Assembly: GCF_902779965.1 (NCBI RefSeq)
Contig: NZ_CACZDK010000011.1
Location: 95,012-159,011, forward strand
Reading direction: 5' to 3'
Source of the DNA: Fibrobacter succinogenes
GTDB lineage: Bacteria > Fibrobacterota > Fibrobacteria > Fibrobacterales > Fibrobacteraceae
DNA: 64,000 nt
This document shows, one piece after another, positions 18,000-26,733 of the stretch. Position 1 is the stretch's first letter. Every line of letters begins with the position of its first letter. The notes beneath the pieces were generated by a model. That model was not told the origin of the DNA. It was given only the letters and a program-made list of their open reading frames with translations, and did not search any database. Position numbers and translations under genes: made by a program.

Positions 18000-18911
18000 C
18001 TAAAAACCGGTCGAATAGACCACTCTAAAGCCTAGAGTCACTTTGGAACGAGCCGGATCAAGCTTTTCGCGTTCTTTGGGGTCAAGTGCGGTTACCTTGT
18101 CCGACCAGCCACCACCACGAACAACGCGATATTCGCCCTTTTCAGGACCTGTGTAATTGTCGCTTTGTTTTTTCGGATAAGCGTCATACCAGTCATTGAC
18201 CCATTCAGCAACGTTACCGGCCATATCGTAAAGGCCAAAAGCGTTCGGCAACTTTTGAGCCACCATATCAGGACCAGCAGTTTGTCCGTAATACGCATAC
18301 TTAGACGCGACATCTGTGTCCCAATAATAAGTTGTCGAAGTACCACCATGAGCCGCAACTTCCCATTCATTTTCTGTCGGGAGACGGATCGAAGCGGCAG
18401 AGTAATTTATTTTTAAATCCACCAGAATCGAATCACCGGCAATGGACTTGTAGACATAGGCCGTATCAAGGCCTGCAAGTTTTGAAAACGCATTGCAAAA
18501 GAGAGCGGCACGGAACCAGCTTACACTCGAAACGGCAATCGAATCTCCCGTCTTATACTGTTTCGGCCAGTCCCCCATTACAAATTCATAAACCTTTTGA
18601 GTCACTTCCGTCGTGGCCATAGAAAATGAATTTACGCCAAAAGAATTCACACCACGAGTAATTGTAGCCTTGGGAATTTTAGCCCACCCGAACATGCCCA
18701 AAATCGTGGGATCCACATGCAAAGAATCCTTACTCGAAGAGGAATTACTTACAACGCTAGACGAGTTGCCTTTATCAATAGGAGGTAAGGGAGTGCCTTC
18801 AACAGCATCACCGCTTGCCGTGCAAGCATCCAGTGCCAAAAGCGCCCCTAGCGATAATATCGCCATGAAAGCCATGCAAAACGGCATGAATGGTTTCAAA
18901 CGCATAGTCAC
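18000..18911 (-). CDS. formylglycine-generating-enzyme (SUMF1/FGE-sulfatase) family protein, secreted/lipoprotein
   Basis: 303 aa. It has a signal peptide, a Ser-rich linker, then LPTENEWEVAAHGG, NAFGLYDMAGNVAEWVNDWY and VVRGGGW. Confidence 0.8.
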   Translation of the reverse strand: MTMRLKPFMPFCMAFMAILSLGALLALDACTASGDAVEGTPLPPIDKGNSSSVVSNSSSSKDSLHVDPTILGMFGWAKIPKATITRGVNSFGVNSFSMATTEVTQKVYEFVMGDWPKQYKTGDSIAVSSVSWFRAALFCNAFSKLAGLDTAYVYKSIAGDSILVDLKINYSAASIRLPTENEWEVAAHGGTSTTYYWDTDVASKYAYYGQTAGPDMVAQKLPNAFGLYDMAGNVAEWVNDWYDAYPKKQSDNYTGPEKGEYRVVRGGGWSDKVTALDPKEREKLDPARSKVTLGFRVVYSTGF

Positions 18912-18925
18912 CCCCTCGTCAAAGA

Positions 18926-21900
18926 TTAACGGACAACGCCGACGCGGTAAAGCTTCTGCTTTGTCTTGCCACTTTCGAACTTGACCTTCAAGCGAGCCGT
19001 ATAAATATCCGAGCCCAAGTTGTGCAAGTCGAGATTAGCCTGATTCATGCCGGCAACGCCATCCGGAATGTCCGTCTTGAATACGCACAAACCAGTGATG
19101 TCATAAAGTTCAAGTCTTACCGTACGCGGCTTTGTGCCCAGTTCCATGCGAACTTTCGCTTCGCCACCGCGCACCGGATTCGGATAAATAAAGAATTCCG
19201 TAATTTCGTCCTTGGCCTTTACGTCATCGACATCGCCAAGCTTAGAAGCATCGAAGAATCCCGTGCGTTCGTTACCAGCAGCCGGGAGCGTCCAAGCAGC
19301 GGCGGCCTTTTCGGCACCATCGGCAGCCTTGTCCAGACGGAACGCGGTCACGCCCGTTCTGTGGAACGCGTAAAGTTCCGGGCCTTTGGAATTCTTAACA
19401 GCATCCGTCACAAAAATGCTCATCGGAACAGCCTGCTGCAACGAATCCGTCGATTCGTAACTGCCCGCCGCAATCGGGAAGCGGTCGGTAACGCGTTTGC
19501 CCTTGCCCGTATAAGCATAGACCAAGCCATTGCTCGACGGCACAAGAATTTCAGGAAGCTTATCGCCCGTTACATCAACAATCAACGGATCGCTGTGGAA
19601 TCCCGTAATAGGCGTACCGCGATTAATCGTCACCGGGAACCCGTCCACCGGAACGCCAAAGCGGTCAAGCGCATAAACGAGGTTATCGCCCAGGAATACA
19701 ATTTCCGGATACGCATCGCCGTTCAAATCACCGAACGCCATTCCAGAAGTTTCGTCAGCGAGCCCGCTCGTTCCAGCCGCGCCACGCTTGTATACGCGCA
19801 CCCACTGAGCCGTCTGCTTGCCACCTTCGCCAAGCTTAAAGCTAGCGACTGTACCGCGACTACCAAGCATCACAGCTTCAACCGTTCCATCGCGATCCAA
19901 GTCCGTGCAAGCCACACGGAAACTTTCGTTCTTGGAAGTAGCCACTTGAGCAAATCCAGCCTTTTGCTTGCTAAAGCTCGGCTTTGCATCGGCCTTGTTT
20001 TCGAGCGAGAACTTGCGCATAAAGATTTTGCCATCTTCGCCCACAACCACGCCAAAGTAATCTTGCTTGTCCACCTTGCAAAGCGCCATGTCCTGCGGGT
20101 GAGCAATGGATTCCGTCGAGGTAAACGTGCGTGTCATTTCATCAGTCAAGTTCACCGTCCAGAATCCGGAATCCGCAGCAAAGAACAAGTGCGAATTAGC
20201 GACAATCGGCCCAACCAAAGCAGTACCCACCGCCGAAGCTCCAGCAACGGATTTCTGCAAATCCATATCATCTTGCATCGGGACGCCAGCGTTAAACGAA
20301 GTGCGCACCAAATGCTTCTTGTGCAGAGAATAAACGCGTTCGCCATCGCTTGCAAGCCCGACAAGCGGTCCATAGCTTGGGCCAACACGATAAAGTGGAA
20401 CATTCACAGTCTGATTCTTTTTCGAAACCTGCTTTTGCACTACAGACGTGTCCGACATGTACAACGTATCGCCAAGAGCATTCATCGCCTGGAGCGTTCC
20501 ATCTTCAGAAGCAAACACAATCGCCTTGCCCGTTTCATCATCTTCGTAATTGACAAATACGGCACCGCGCACAGCATTCGCAAGTCCCACATTCTTCGGG
20601 AACTTCGACTTTTCAATGCTTCCATCGTCAATGCTAATCGTCACGCGAATGATTGGTGCAGCAAAGTTAATCACGCTATCACCCATGAACGCATTTGCGG
20701 TCCTTTCGATGCGAGCATCCTTCGGAATTTCCACAGAAATCTTGATTCCCGTATAGCCGCCATACGTCGTCGCAGTATTCGCATAACCCGTTGGCATAAT
20801 GGGATCCGTCGTATCTGGATAATCCATCGGCATGATAGTCTTGATTGTATCAAGCTTCTTGAGGGTATCATGCTTTTCGTCTTTGGTATAACGCAAATGC
20901 GGGAGCAAGTCCGCTCCGCTACCAAAATCGTAGGTATCTTCGCCAAGAGCATTCTTGAACGACTTGCCAATACTCAAGATGCAATCGGATTCCACAAGCG
21001 AAAGCCCAAACTGATGGTCGCGAAATTCATTTCCACCCCAATAGTTTGCAATTCCGTACTGGAGCGTTTCGCGCAAATACCAATCGTTCACTTTCCACAC
21101 AGCGATACCGCTTGCCGGAAGCCCCGCATCAAAACTGCTCACGCCAAGCACAAGACCTTCCGCCTTATTCTTGTTGGACTCGCACTTACTCTTGACACAG
21201 ATTTCATCTTCGAATATCGTAGAAAGACTATCGACAATAATTTTCCTCTTCATTGTCGTATCATTACTCTGCGTCGCTTGGCCAAGATACACTTCCACCA
21301 TCCCGTCCTTAGCCCAGGAACGCTGACGGTTTTCAATCAAGATGTATTCACTAGCACTCAGAGCGACCTTCACGATTTCGGTCCCGAGACCGCTACCCGC
21401 CGCCGCAACATCAACAGTAACCGGATGCCCCGCCGTCGGGCGCACTTCCTTAACATTAGACCAGCCCATGTAGGCGCGTTCCCACGCAGCAGGCAACACA
21501 GGAAGAAATCCATTGCCAGCATTGTAGCCCGCAAAGTCCATCATGTCGAAATAGCCCAAACGGGAAATACCCTTGGCCGCATCGTAAGTGTTCGGCAACC
21601 CCAATTCACGCCCAATCTGGTTCACCACAAAACCGTTGATACCCCAGTTCAGTCCATCCTGCGATGCCGTTTCGCTCACCACCATAATCGACTTGAGCGT
21701 ATCAATAGAGGAACCCTTCAGCACAAGACCGTTATTCAGAGAATCGTCCGATATCGCAACTTCGGGAAGGCTTTTGGGCAAATAAGTCCACAGAACACCC
21801 GAAACAAAGCTATCCCAAAAATCACCTGGAGTGTTGGCTCCCTTCGTCCCCATGCTGCCACCATCAACAAGACTGCTTGCTCCAGCATGCGCAATCATGA

Positions 21901-22399
21901 ACGCACGCTTTGTATTCGGATTTTTAGAAAGCGGAATATTGAACGGCGAATTCTTCGAGCCATGCGCCTTCATCACGACATCGTACACAAAACGCAAGTA
22001 ATCGCAAGTGCGGGCTGAATCGTACTCGGCAGCCTTTTCGTCCTTCATCCTCTGGGTACGATTGTATTCAATCATCTGCTTGTCGAGCGTGTAAATCGTT
22101 GGGATAATACTATCCTTGATGACAAGCTGGCCACCACTTGCCGCCTTGTAATAGGCATTCGCAAAAGCCATATGCTTTTGCCAATAATAAATTTTGCCGC
22201 GGTCTCCAGCCGGATCCAAGTTATACGTCCCAGTATCAGTACCAAAATGGCCCGTACCTGTCGTAAGCGAGTTATCGGGCTTTTCCTCCTTGAACTGCGC
22301 AAGCAGCACAAACACTTCGAGAGTATCCACAGCATGCGCCAATGACGTTAAGGACAATACGATTAAAAACAATGCGAAAAATTTGGCATTCAACTTCAT
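18926..22399 (-). CDS. large secreted protein: M6 (InhA-like) metalloprotease-like domain with substituted zinc motif, FG-GAP-like repeats, T9SS-type C-terminal sorting domain
   Basis: 1157 aa with a signal peptide. VNQIGRELGLPNTYD..GYFDMMDFAG..AAWERAYMGW aligns by eye to the HExxH..LGLPD..GW pattern of M6 peptidases. The repeats are DLDRDGTVEA, GDLNGDAYPEIV and DVTGDKLPEILV. The C-terminus FFIYPNPVRGGEAKVRMEL..LELYDITG..GSDIYTARL looks like a T9SS CTD. Confidence 0.7.
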   Translation of the reverse strand: MKLNAKFFALFLIVLSLTSLAHAVDTLEVFVLLAQFKEEKPDNSLTTGTGHFGTDTGTYNLDPAGDRGKIYYWQKHMAFANAYYKAASGGQLVIKDSIIPTIYTLDKQMIEYNRTQRMKDEKAAEYDSARTCDYLRFVYDVVMKAHGSKNSPFNIPLSKNPNTKRAFMIAHAGASSLVDGGSMGTKGANTPGDFWDSFVSGVLWTYLPKSLPEVAISDDSLNNGLVLKGSSIDTLKSIMVVSETASQDGLNWGINGFVVNQIGRELGLPNTYDAAKGISRLGYFDMMDFAGYNAGNGFLPVLPAAWERAYMGWSNVKEVRPTAGHPVTVDVAAAGSGLGTEIVKVALSASEYILIENRQRSWAKDGMVEVYLGQATQSNDTTMKRKIIVDSLSTIFEDEICVKSKCESNKNKAEGLVLGVSSFDAGLPASGIAVWKVNDWYLRETLQYGIANYWGGNEFRDHQFGLSLVESDCILSIGKSFKNALGEDTYDFGSGADLLPHLRYTKDEKHDTLKKLDTIKTIMPMDYPDTTDPIMPTGYANTATTYGGYTGIKISVEIPKDARIERTANAFMGDSVINFAAPIIRVTISIDDGSIEKSKFPKNVGLANAVRGAVFVNYEDDETGKAIVFASEDGTLQAMNALGDTLYMSDTSVVQKQVSKKNQTVNVPLYRVGPSYGPLVGLASDGERVYSLHKKHLVRTSFNAGVPMQDDMDLQKSVAGASAVGTALVGPIVANSHLFFAADSGFWTVNLTDEMTRTFTSTESIAHPQDMALCKVDKQDYFGVVVGEDGKIFMRKFSLENKADAKPSFSKQKAGFAQVATSKNESFRVACTDLDRDGTVEAVMLGSRGTVASFKLGEGGKQTAQWVRVYKRGAAGTSGLADETSGMAFGDLNGDAYPEIVFLGDNLVYALDRFGVPVDGFPVTINRGTPITGFHSDPLIVDVTGDKLPEILVPSSNGLVYAYTGKGKRVTDRFPIAAGSYESTDSLQQAVPMSIFVTDAVKNSKGPELYAFHRTGVTAFRLDKAADGAEKAAAAWTLPAAGNERTGFFDASKLGDVDDVKAKDEITEFFIYPNPVRGGEAKVRMELGTKPRTVRLELYDITGLCVFKTDIPDGVAGMNQANLDLHNLGSDIYTARLKVKFESGKTKQKLYRVGVVR

Positions 22400-22417
22400 G
22401 GTTATAATTTACTAAAA

Positions 22418-22448
22418 TAGAACTTAGAACTTAGAACTTAGAACTTAG
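22418..22448 (+). repeat. perfect tandem heptamer (TAGAACT)x4 plus TAG
   Basis: Read directly, beginning 19 nt upstream of the start codon at 22399. The complement carries a TAA every 7 nt. Confidence 0.9.
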
Positions 22449-22467
22449 TTTTTTAGTTTAAAGTCTA

Positions 22468-22487
22468 CTTAGTAGGAAGTAGGAAGG
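22468..22487 (+). repeat. heptad stop-codon array (TAGGAAG type)
   Basis: The sequence is ctTAGTAGgaagTAGgaagg, the same word as in the 10640 array. Confidence 0.75.
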
Positions 22488-22499
22488 AAAAAACGCTAG

Positions 22500-23279
22500 T
22501 TATTCGCCGATGCGCTGGTAACTTCTAGGAATATTGAGGCGCCAGGTACCGGTGCCGAATGATTTTCCGCGATTGACTTTTTTCACGCGGAGTTCGAGGA
22601 AAGTCGTCGAATCACGAACAAAAGAAATCTTGGATGGCGTTTTTACGCCTTTAAATTCTTTATATTCCTCGATGATGATTTTCTCTGTACTGCCGTCACG
22701 GCCAGGCATTTCTAGCCATTGCACTTCACCATTCTTTTCGGCATATGTAAAATGGCGGCCCGACGATTCACGGGCATCCACGATTTTCATAGCAACAGAA
22801 TCTGCGCCAATAGAATCGCGCGTTGCTTTCACTTCAAATTTTTCAGGCAGCACCTTGCCATCAAACAACCCTGCAACTTGATGGATATGCACAAGCGGGA
22901 GCGACGGGTCATTGAGCAGTCCGACCATGTAACCGGCACCCTTCACATACATTTTTTCCGTGGGGAAAACCATCTGCCAGCCTTCTTCAAGCCACAGGAG
23001 CGAGGCAACGCCTATGCCAAGCGTGCCAGTCAACTCCATGCGGTAGCGCTTGTTCGGGACAGAAAACAGCACGGCATCCAAATCCTGCGTCTTGCCATCC
23101 GGCGAATAAATTGTGAGCGAAAACAGAGCCTTCAAGCTATCGGCAGGGGCTTCGGCGCTTTGCACTGTAGGCGCAGTCGATTGCTTTCCGCCAACGCAAC
23201 CCGTCAAAAAAAGCGACAGCAATAGCAGTAAAAACAATCCACGCGCAAATGCGGAATATTTCGCCACCTTGAAGGTCAT
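22500..23279 (-). CDS. lipoprotein, unknown function (LolB/DUF4292-like is only a guess)
   Basis: 259 aa with lipobox LSLFLTGCVGG. It lies directly downstream of a TPR protein, as DUF4292 genes often do. Confidence 0.45.
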   Translation of the reverse strand: MTFKVAKYSAFARGLFLLLLLSLFLTGCVGGKQSTAPTVQSAEAPADSLKALFSLTIYSPDGKTQDLDAVLFSVPNKRYRMELTGTLGIGVASLLWLEEGWQMVFPTEKMYVKGAGYMVGLLNDPSLPLVHIHQVAGLFDGKVLPEKFEVKATRDSIGADSVAMKIVDARESSGRHFTYAEKNGEVQWLEMPGRDGSTEKIIIEEYKEFKGVKTPSKISFVRDSTTFLELRVKKVNRGKSFGTGTWRLNIPRSYQRIGE

Positions 23280-23285
23280 ACGAAC

Positions 23286-25202
23286 CTACTTCTTTTTGCC
23301 AAAGAACTTCAGCGCAGCGGGGTGCTTGGGATTCAACTTCAGCAGTTTTTTGTACGACTTGCGGGCTTCTTTTTTAAGGCCAAGAGCATCCTGAATGGCG
23401 CCCAGATGTTCCCAGAACACATCGTCGCGGTTCATCTTCTTGTGGTCAATCAATTGCATCGCCTGGTAAGCTTCGTCAAAACGTCCCATGCGATACAAGC
23501 CCCAAGCCTTGGAATCCAAATAGGCGTCCTTGCCCTCGCCATCCTTTTCTAGCGCAAGCGCTTCGAGCACAAGCTTATAGCCCTTCTCGACTTCGGCAGG
23601 AGTGCGGTTAAGTTCAATCAGCGAATAGCCATAATAGTTCAATGTCGAAGCCATTTCGTGCGGAGAGAAACCTGGCTGTTTCAACAAAATTTCAAAATGA
23701 CGGAACGATTCATCATAGCGTTTGAGGCGTTCCAAGTTCATCGCCATCGAAAGGCGCACACGGCTGTACGAGGAATCATTCGCAAAGAACTTTTCGAGCA
23801 TAGCCTCTGCTTTGATGCGGTTATCAAATGCATGAGCCTTTTTCGCGGTATCAGCACGCAAATCCTTTTCGAGGTCCAAGGCTTCACCGATGAGCGCTCT
23901 CGAATAGATGTCCAGAATCTGCAAATACTTGACATGCGCTTCGTTCTTCATAAACGCAAGCTCCGCAGAATCGGCAATACCGGGGAGCGGTTTCCACGTT
24001 TCCCAGAATTTCATGAGCGAATCGAGCAAGGGGAACGCCTTTTCGTACTTATCGGCAAGAGCGTACACCGAAGCAAGCAACATTCGCGTATCGCCGTTAC
24101 TTACGGAATCAGACTTTTCGGCGTACTTGATAGCCTCGGCATAATTCTGTTCGTTCGCAAAAATGTTCACGAGTCCAAGATAAGCGCGGTTTGCATACTT
24201 CGGCTGGCCCTGCAATTTACCTACAGAGGCAAGCAAGTGGATTTTAGCGCTGTCGCGCATGCCGATATCGTATTCGTACTGGCCAATAAAGCACAAGACC
24301 GCTGGCGTACGCACGCCATCTTCATAATACTTCTTTTTTGCAAACGCATAGGCGCTATCCCCGGGCATCGAAGAAAGCACCATAATCGTCATTTCTTCGT
24401 CTTCGGGTTTTGCGCTCGTGAGCGTGTCCACAACGGCTGCGGCTTCCTTAAAGCGCTTCATCGCCATGAGGCCGCGCACTTTCTGCAAGAGCAACTGCTT
24501 ATCGCCGGTCGCTTCGTGAGCCTTGCCGAACAAATCCACAACCGCAGAATCGCGTCCCAATTCCAAAAGGAGCGAAAGCTGGCGCTGGAACAAAGTGGAA
24601 ATGTAATTGACTTTGGGCAACAGCAAGTCGTAAACGCGTACAAGTTCGTTTTCGTCTCGAACGGCTTCAAGGAACAAGCTGTAATCGTAAAGCAGAGCCA
24701 TGTCCTGATAGCGCGAAGAATCAAGGGCCATCACAAAATACTTGCGGCAAGAATCGACTTCGCCGGCCTTTACATAAAGGCGCGCAAGCAACGCATACTG
24801 CGCAGCAGTGCGTTTACCCTTGAGTTGGGAGGCCTTCTTCGCTTCGACAAGAGCAAGTGAGTCTTCACCCGCAGCAATTAAGCGTTCAGCAACGCCAAAG
24901 CCCAAATAACGGCTCGTCGGATCGGCCTTGTAAGCCTGTTTCCAAAAGAAATCCGCCTGACGCTGGTCACCGCGCATTTCCATGTTTTTTGCGAGGAAGA
25001 AAAATTCGTGGGCGGCTTCGAGGTCCACCTCGACTTTGGGCGGTTTAGAGACAATGTCCTCGGCAACCTTTTTTACCAAGGCGGAATCTGCCGCTGTCAA
25101 AGTTTTCGTATCGACATCACTCTTTTTTGCAGGAGCAGAACTACAGGCACACAAAGCCACCATTCCCAAAGAAAGCACCCACGAAAAAAATACATGTCGC
25201 AT
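23286..25202 (-). CDS. TPR-repeat lipoprotein
   Basis: 638 aa with signal/lipobox MVALCACSS. Repeated helical units of about 34 aa with A/Y/L periodicity run throughout, e.g. AYLDSKAWGLYRMGRFDEAYQAM. Confidence 0.65.
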   Translation of the reverse strand: MRHVFFSWVLSLGMVALCACSSAPAKKSDVDTKTLTAADSALVKKVAEDIVSKPPKVEVDLEAAHEFFFLAKNMEMRGDQRQADFFWKQAYKADPTSRYLGFGVAERLIAAGEDSLALVEAKKASQLKGKRTAAQYALLARLYVKAGEVDSCRKYFVMALDSSRYQDMALLYDYSLFLEAVRDENELVRVYDLLLPKVNYISTLFQRQLSLLLELGRDSAVVDLFGKAHEATGDKQLLLQKVRGLMAMKRFKEAAAVVDTLTSAKPEDEEMTIMVLSSMPGDSAYAFAKKKYYEDGVRTPAVLCFIGQYEYDIGMRDSAKIHLLASVGKLQGQPKYANRAYLGLVNIFANEQNYAEAIKYAEKSDSVSNGDTRMLLASVYALADKYEKAFPLLDSLMKFWETWKPLPGIADSAELAFMKNEAHVKYLQILDIYSRALIGEALDLEKDLRADTAKKAHAFDNRIKAEAMLEKFFANDSSYSRVRLSMAMNLERLKRYDESFRHFEILLKQPGFSPHEMASTLNYYGYSLIELNRTPAEVEKGYKLVLEALALEKDGEGKDAYLDSKAWGLYRMGRFDEAYQAMQLIDHKKMNRDDVFWEHLGAIQDALGLKKEARKSYKKLLKLNPKHPAALKFFGKKK

Positions 25203-25222
25203 TAAAAACTCCCGAAAATATC

Positions 25223-25984
25223 TTAGTCAGCAATAATAAAGTTCACACGCGTACCCGGTTTTAGATAGTCGCCATATTTCGGAGACGTTTCAATAACAGA
25301 ACCAGGACGTGCGCCATCTTCACTCTTTTGACGCTTTATAGAACCCACCTTGAAACCAAGCCTATCCATTTGAGGATAAACTTCATCCATGAGGGTTCCT
25401 TCGAAATTGGGGAGCAAAATTCTACCTGTTGTAACGCCGGCAGAAATAACGACCTTCACCGTATCGCCAATGCGAACCGTATCGCCTGCAATCGGGATCG
25501 TACGAATCACGACGCCGCGCGGAATACTCTGGTGGGCGCCCTTCACAATTTCACCCTGAACAAGACCTGCACGGGCAAGCGAAATATCGGCCTGCTTTTG
25601 GCTCTTACCGCGCAAATCAGGAATCACAACCTTGCGGAGCCCGAGGCTCTTCGTGAGCTTTACCGTGCGGCCAATTTTTGCCGTGCGGCCTGCTTTAGGC
25701 ATTTGCACAAGCACCATGCCTGCAGGCACCTGGGTGCTGTAGCGGCCTTCTTCGACCCATTCGTACTTGAAACCTGCTGCGGTCAAAGCAGATTCAGCGG
25801 CCTTTTCCGAGAGGCCTTCCAAATTCGGAACTTCACCTGTGCGGGCGAACGCCCCTGCAAATGCAGGCATCAAAAGCTTATCGACCATAAAGACAAGCGC
25901 AATCACAACAACAATCCAAATGGCGAGAGCCTTGAAAAAAGCTGTATGCCTTATCTTATTCCAAATCGACTTTATTTTATTCAT
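25223..25984 (-). CDS. membrane-anchored stand-alone PASTA-domain protein (three PASTA repeats)
   Basis: 253 aa. An N-terminal TM helix is followed by three units of about 65 aa, beginning VPNLEGLSEKAAESAL, IPDLRGKSQKQADISL and LPNFEGTLMDEVYPQM. Confidence 0.75.
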   Translation of the reverse strand: MNKIKSIWNKIRHTAFFKALAIWIVVVIALVFMVDKLLMPAFAGAFARTGEVPNLEGLSEKAAESALTAAGFKYEWVEEGRYSTQVPAGMVLVQMPKAGRTAKIGRTVKLTKSLGLRKVVIPDLRGKSQKQADISLARAGLVQGEIVKGAHQSIPRGVVIRTIPIAGDTVRIGDTVKVVISAGVTTGRILLPNFEGTLMDEVYPQMDRLGFKVGSIKRQKSEDGARPGSVIETSPKYGDYLKPGTRVNFIIAD

Positions 25985-26000
25985 AACAGTTCAGTTAGGT

Positions 26001-26711
26001 TTAGCCCTTAGTAGCCTTTTCTTGGAGTGCATCTTCATCAAAGATGACAATATCCTTGCCGGTCATCGCGATGGCGTTTGCACGAACGAGCAAGGAACAA
26101 ATGCGGCTCACAGTTTCGCGAGTCGTACCCGACATATCGGCAAGTTGCTGCTGGGTCGGGCGATTATGGATAACCGTCACCATGCTTCCGTTATCCGTAT
26201 GGATACGAACACCGCGTTCTTCCATCAAGTTCAGAAGCGTTCCTGCCACACGGCCAGACACAGACATGGTCGAAAGCGAGCCAATCTGCTTATTCGCCTT
26301 GCGGAGTCGCTTGCAAAGTTCACTCATGAGCGCCATTGCAATTTCAGGAGTCCTGCGGATAAGGCTAAGGAATGACTCACGGTGGATGACAAGCAAAGTC
26401 GCGTCAGTCACCGTACGGACGGAGGCAGACCGGGGTTCGCCGTCAATGAGCGACATTTCCCCGAAAAAGTCCCCACGTTCAAGGAAAGATAAAATGGTTT
26501 CGCGACCGTCTATGCCAGTCATATAGACTTGCACAGAGCCGGTGGCGATTAAGTACAAAGCCTGCACAGAATCGTCACCTTCCAAGACCACAGTCTCATC
26601 GCGATTGTAGTTTTTGACAATTACCAAGTTGGCAATCATCCCCAACTGTTCTTCATTGAGCTCCGAAAAGAGTTCAACGCCCTTTAACAAATCAACTGCG
26701 GTTGTATCCAT
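26001..26711 (-). CDS. Crp/Fnr-family transcriptional regulator
   Basis: 236 aa. The cNMP-binding fold shows FGEMSLIDGEPRSASV. The C-terminal HTH shows LADMSGTTRETVSRI. Confidence 0.85.
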   Translation of the reverse strand: MDTTAVDLLKGVELFSELNEEQLGMIANLVIVKNYNRDETVVLEGDDSVQALYLIATGSVQVYMTGIDGRETILSFLERGDFFGEMSLIDGEPRSASVRTVTDATLLVIHRESFLSLIRRTPEIAMALMSELCKRLRKANKQIGSLSTMSVSGRVAGTLLNLMEERGVRIHTDNGSMVTVIHNRPTQQQLADMSGTTRETVSRICSLLVRANAIAMTGKDIVIFDEDALQEKATKG

Positions 26712-26733
26712 TTTATTTTCCCCTTATTTTGTT

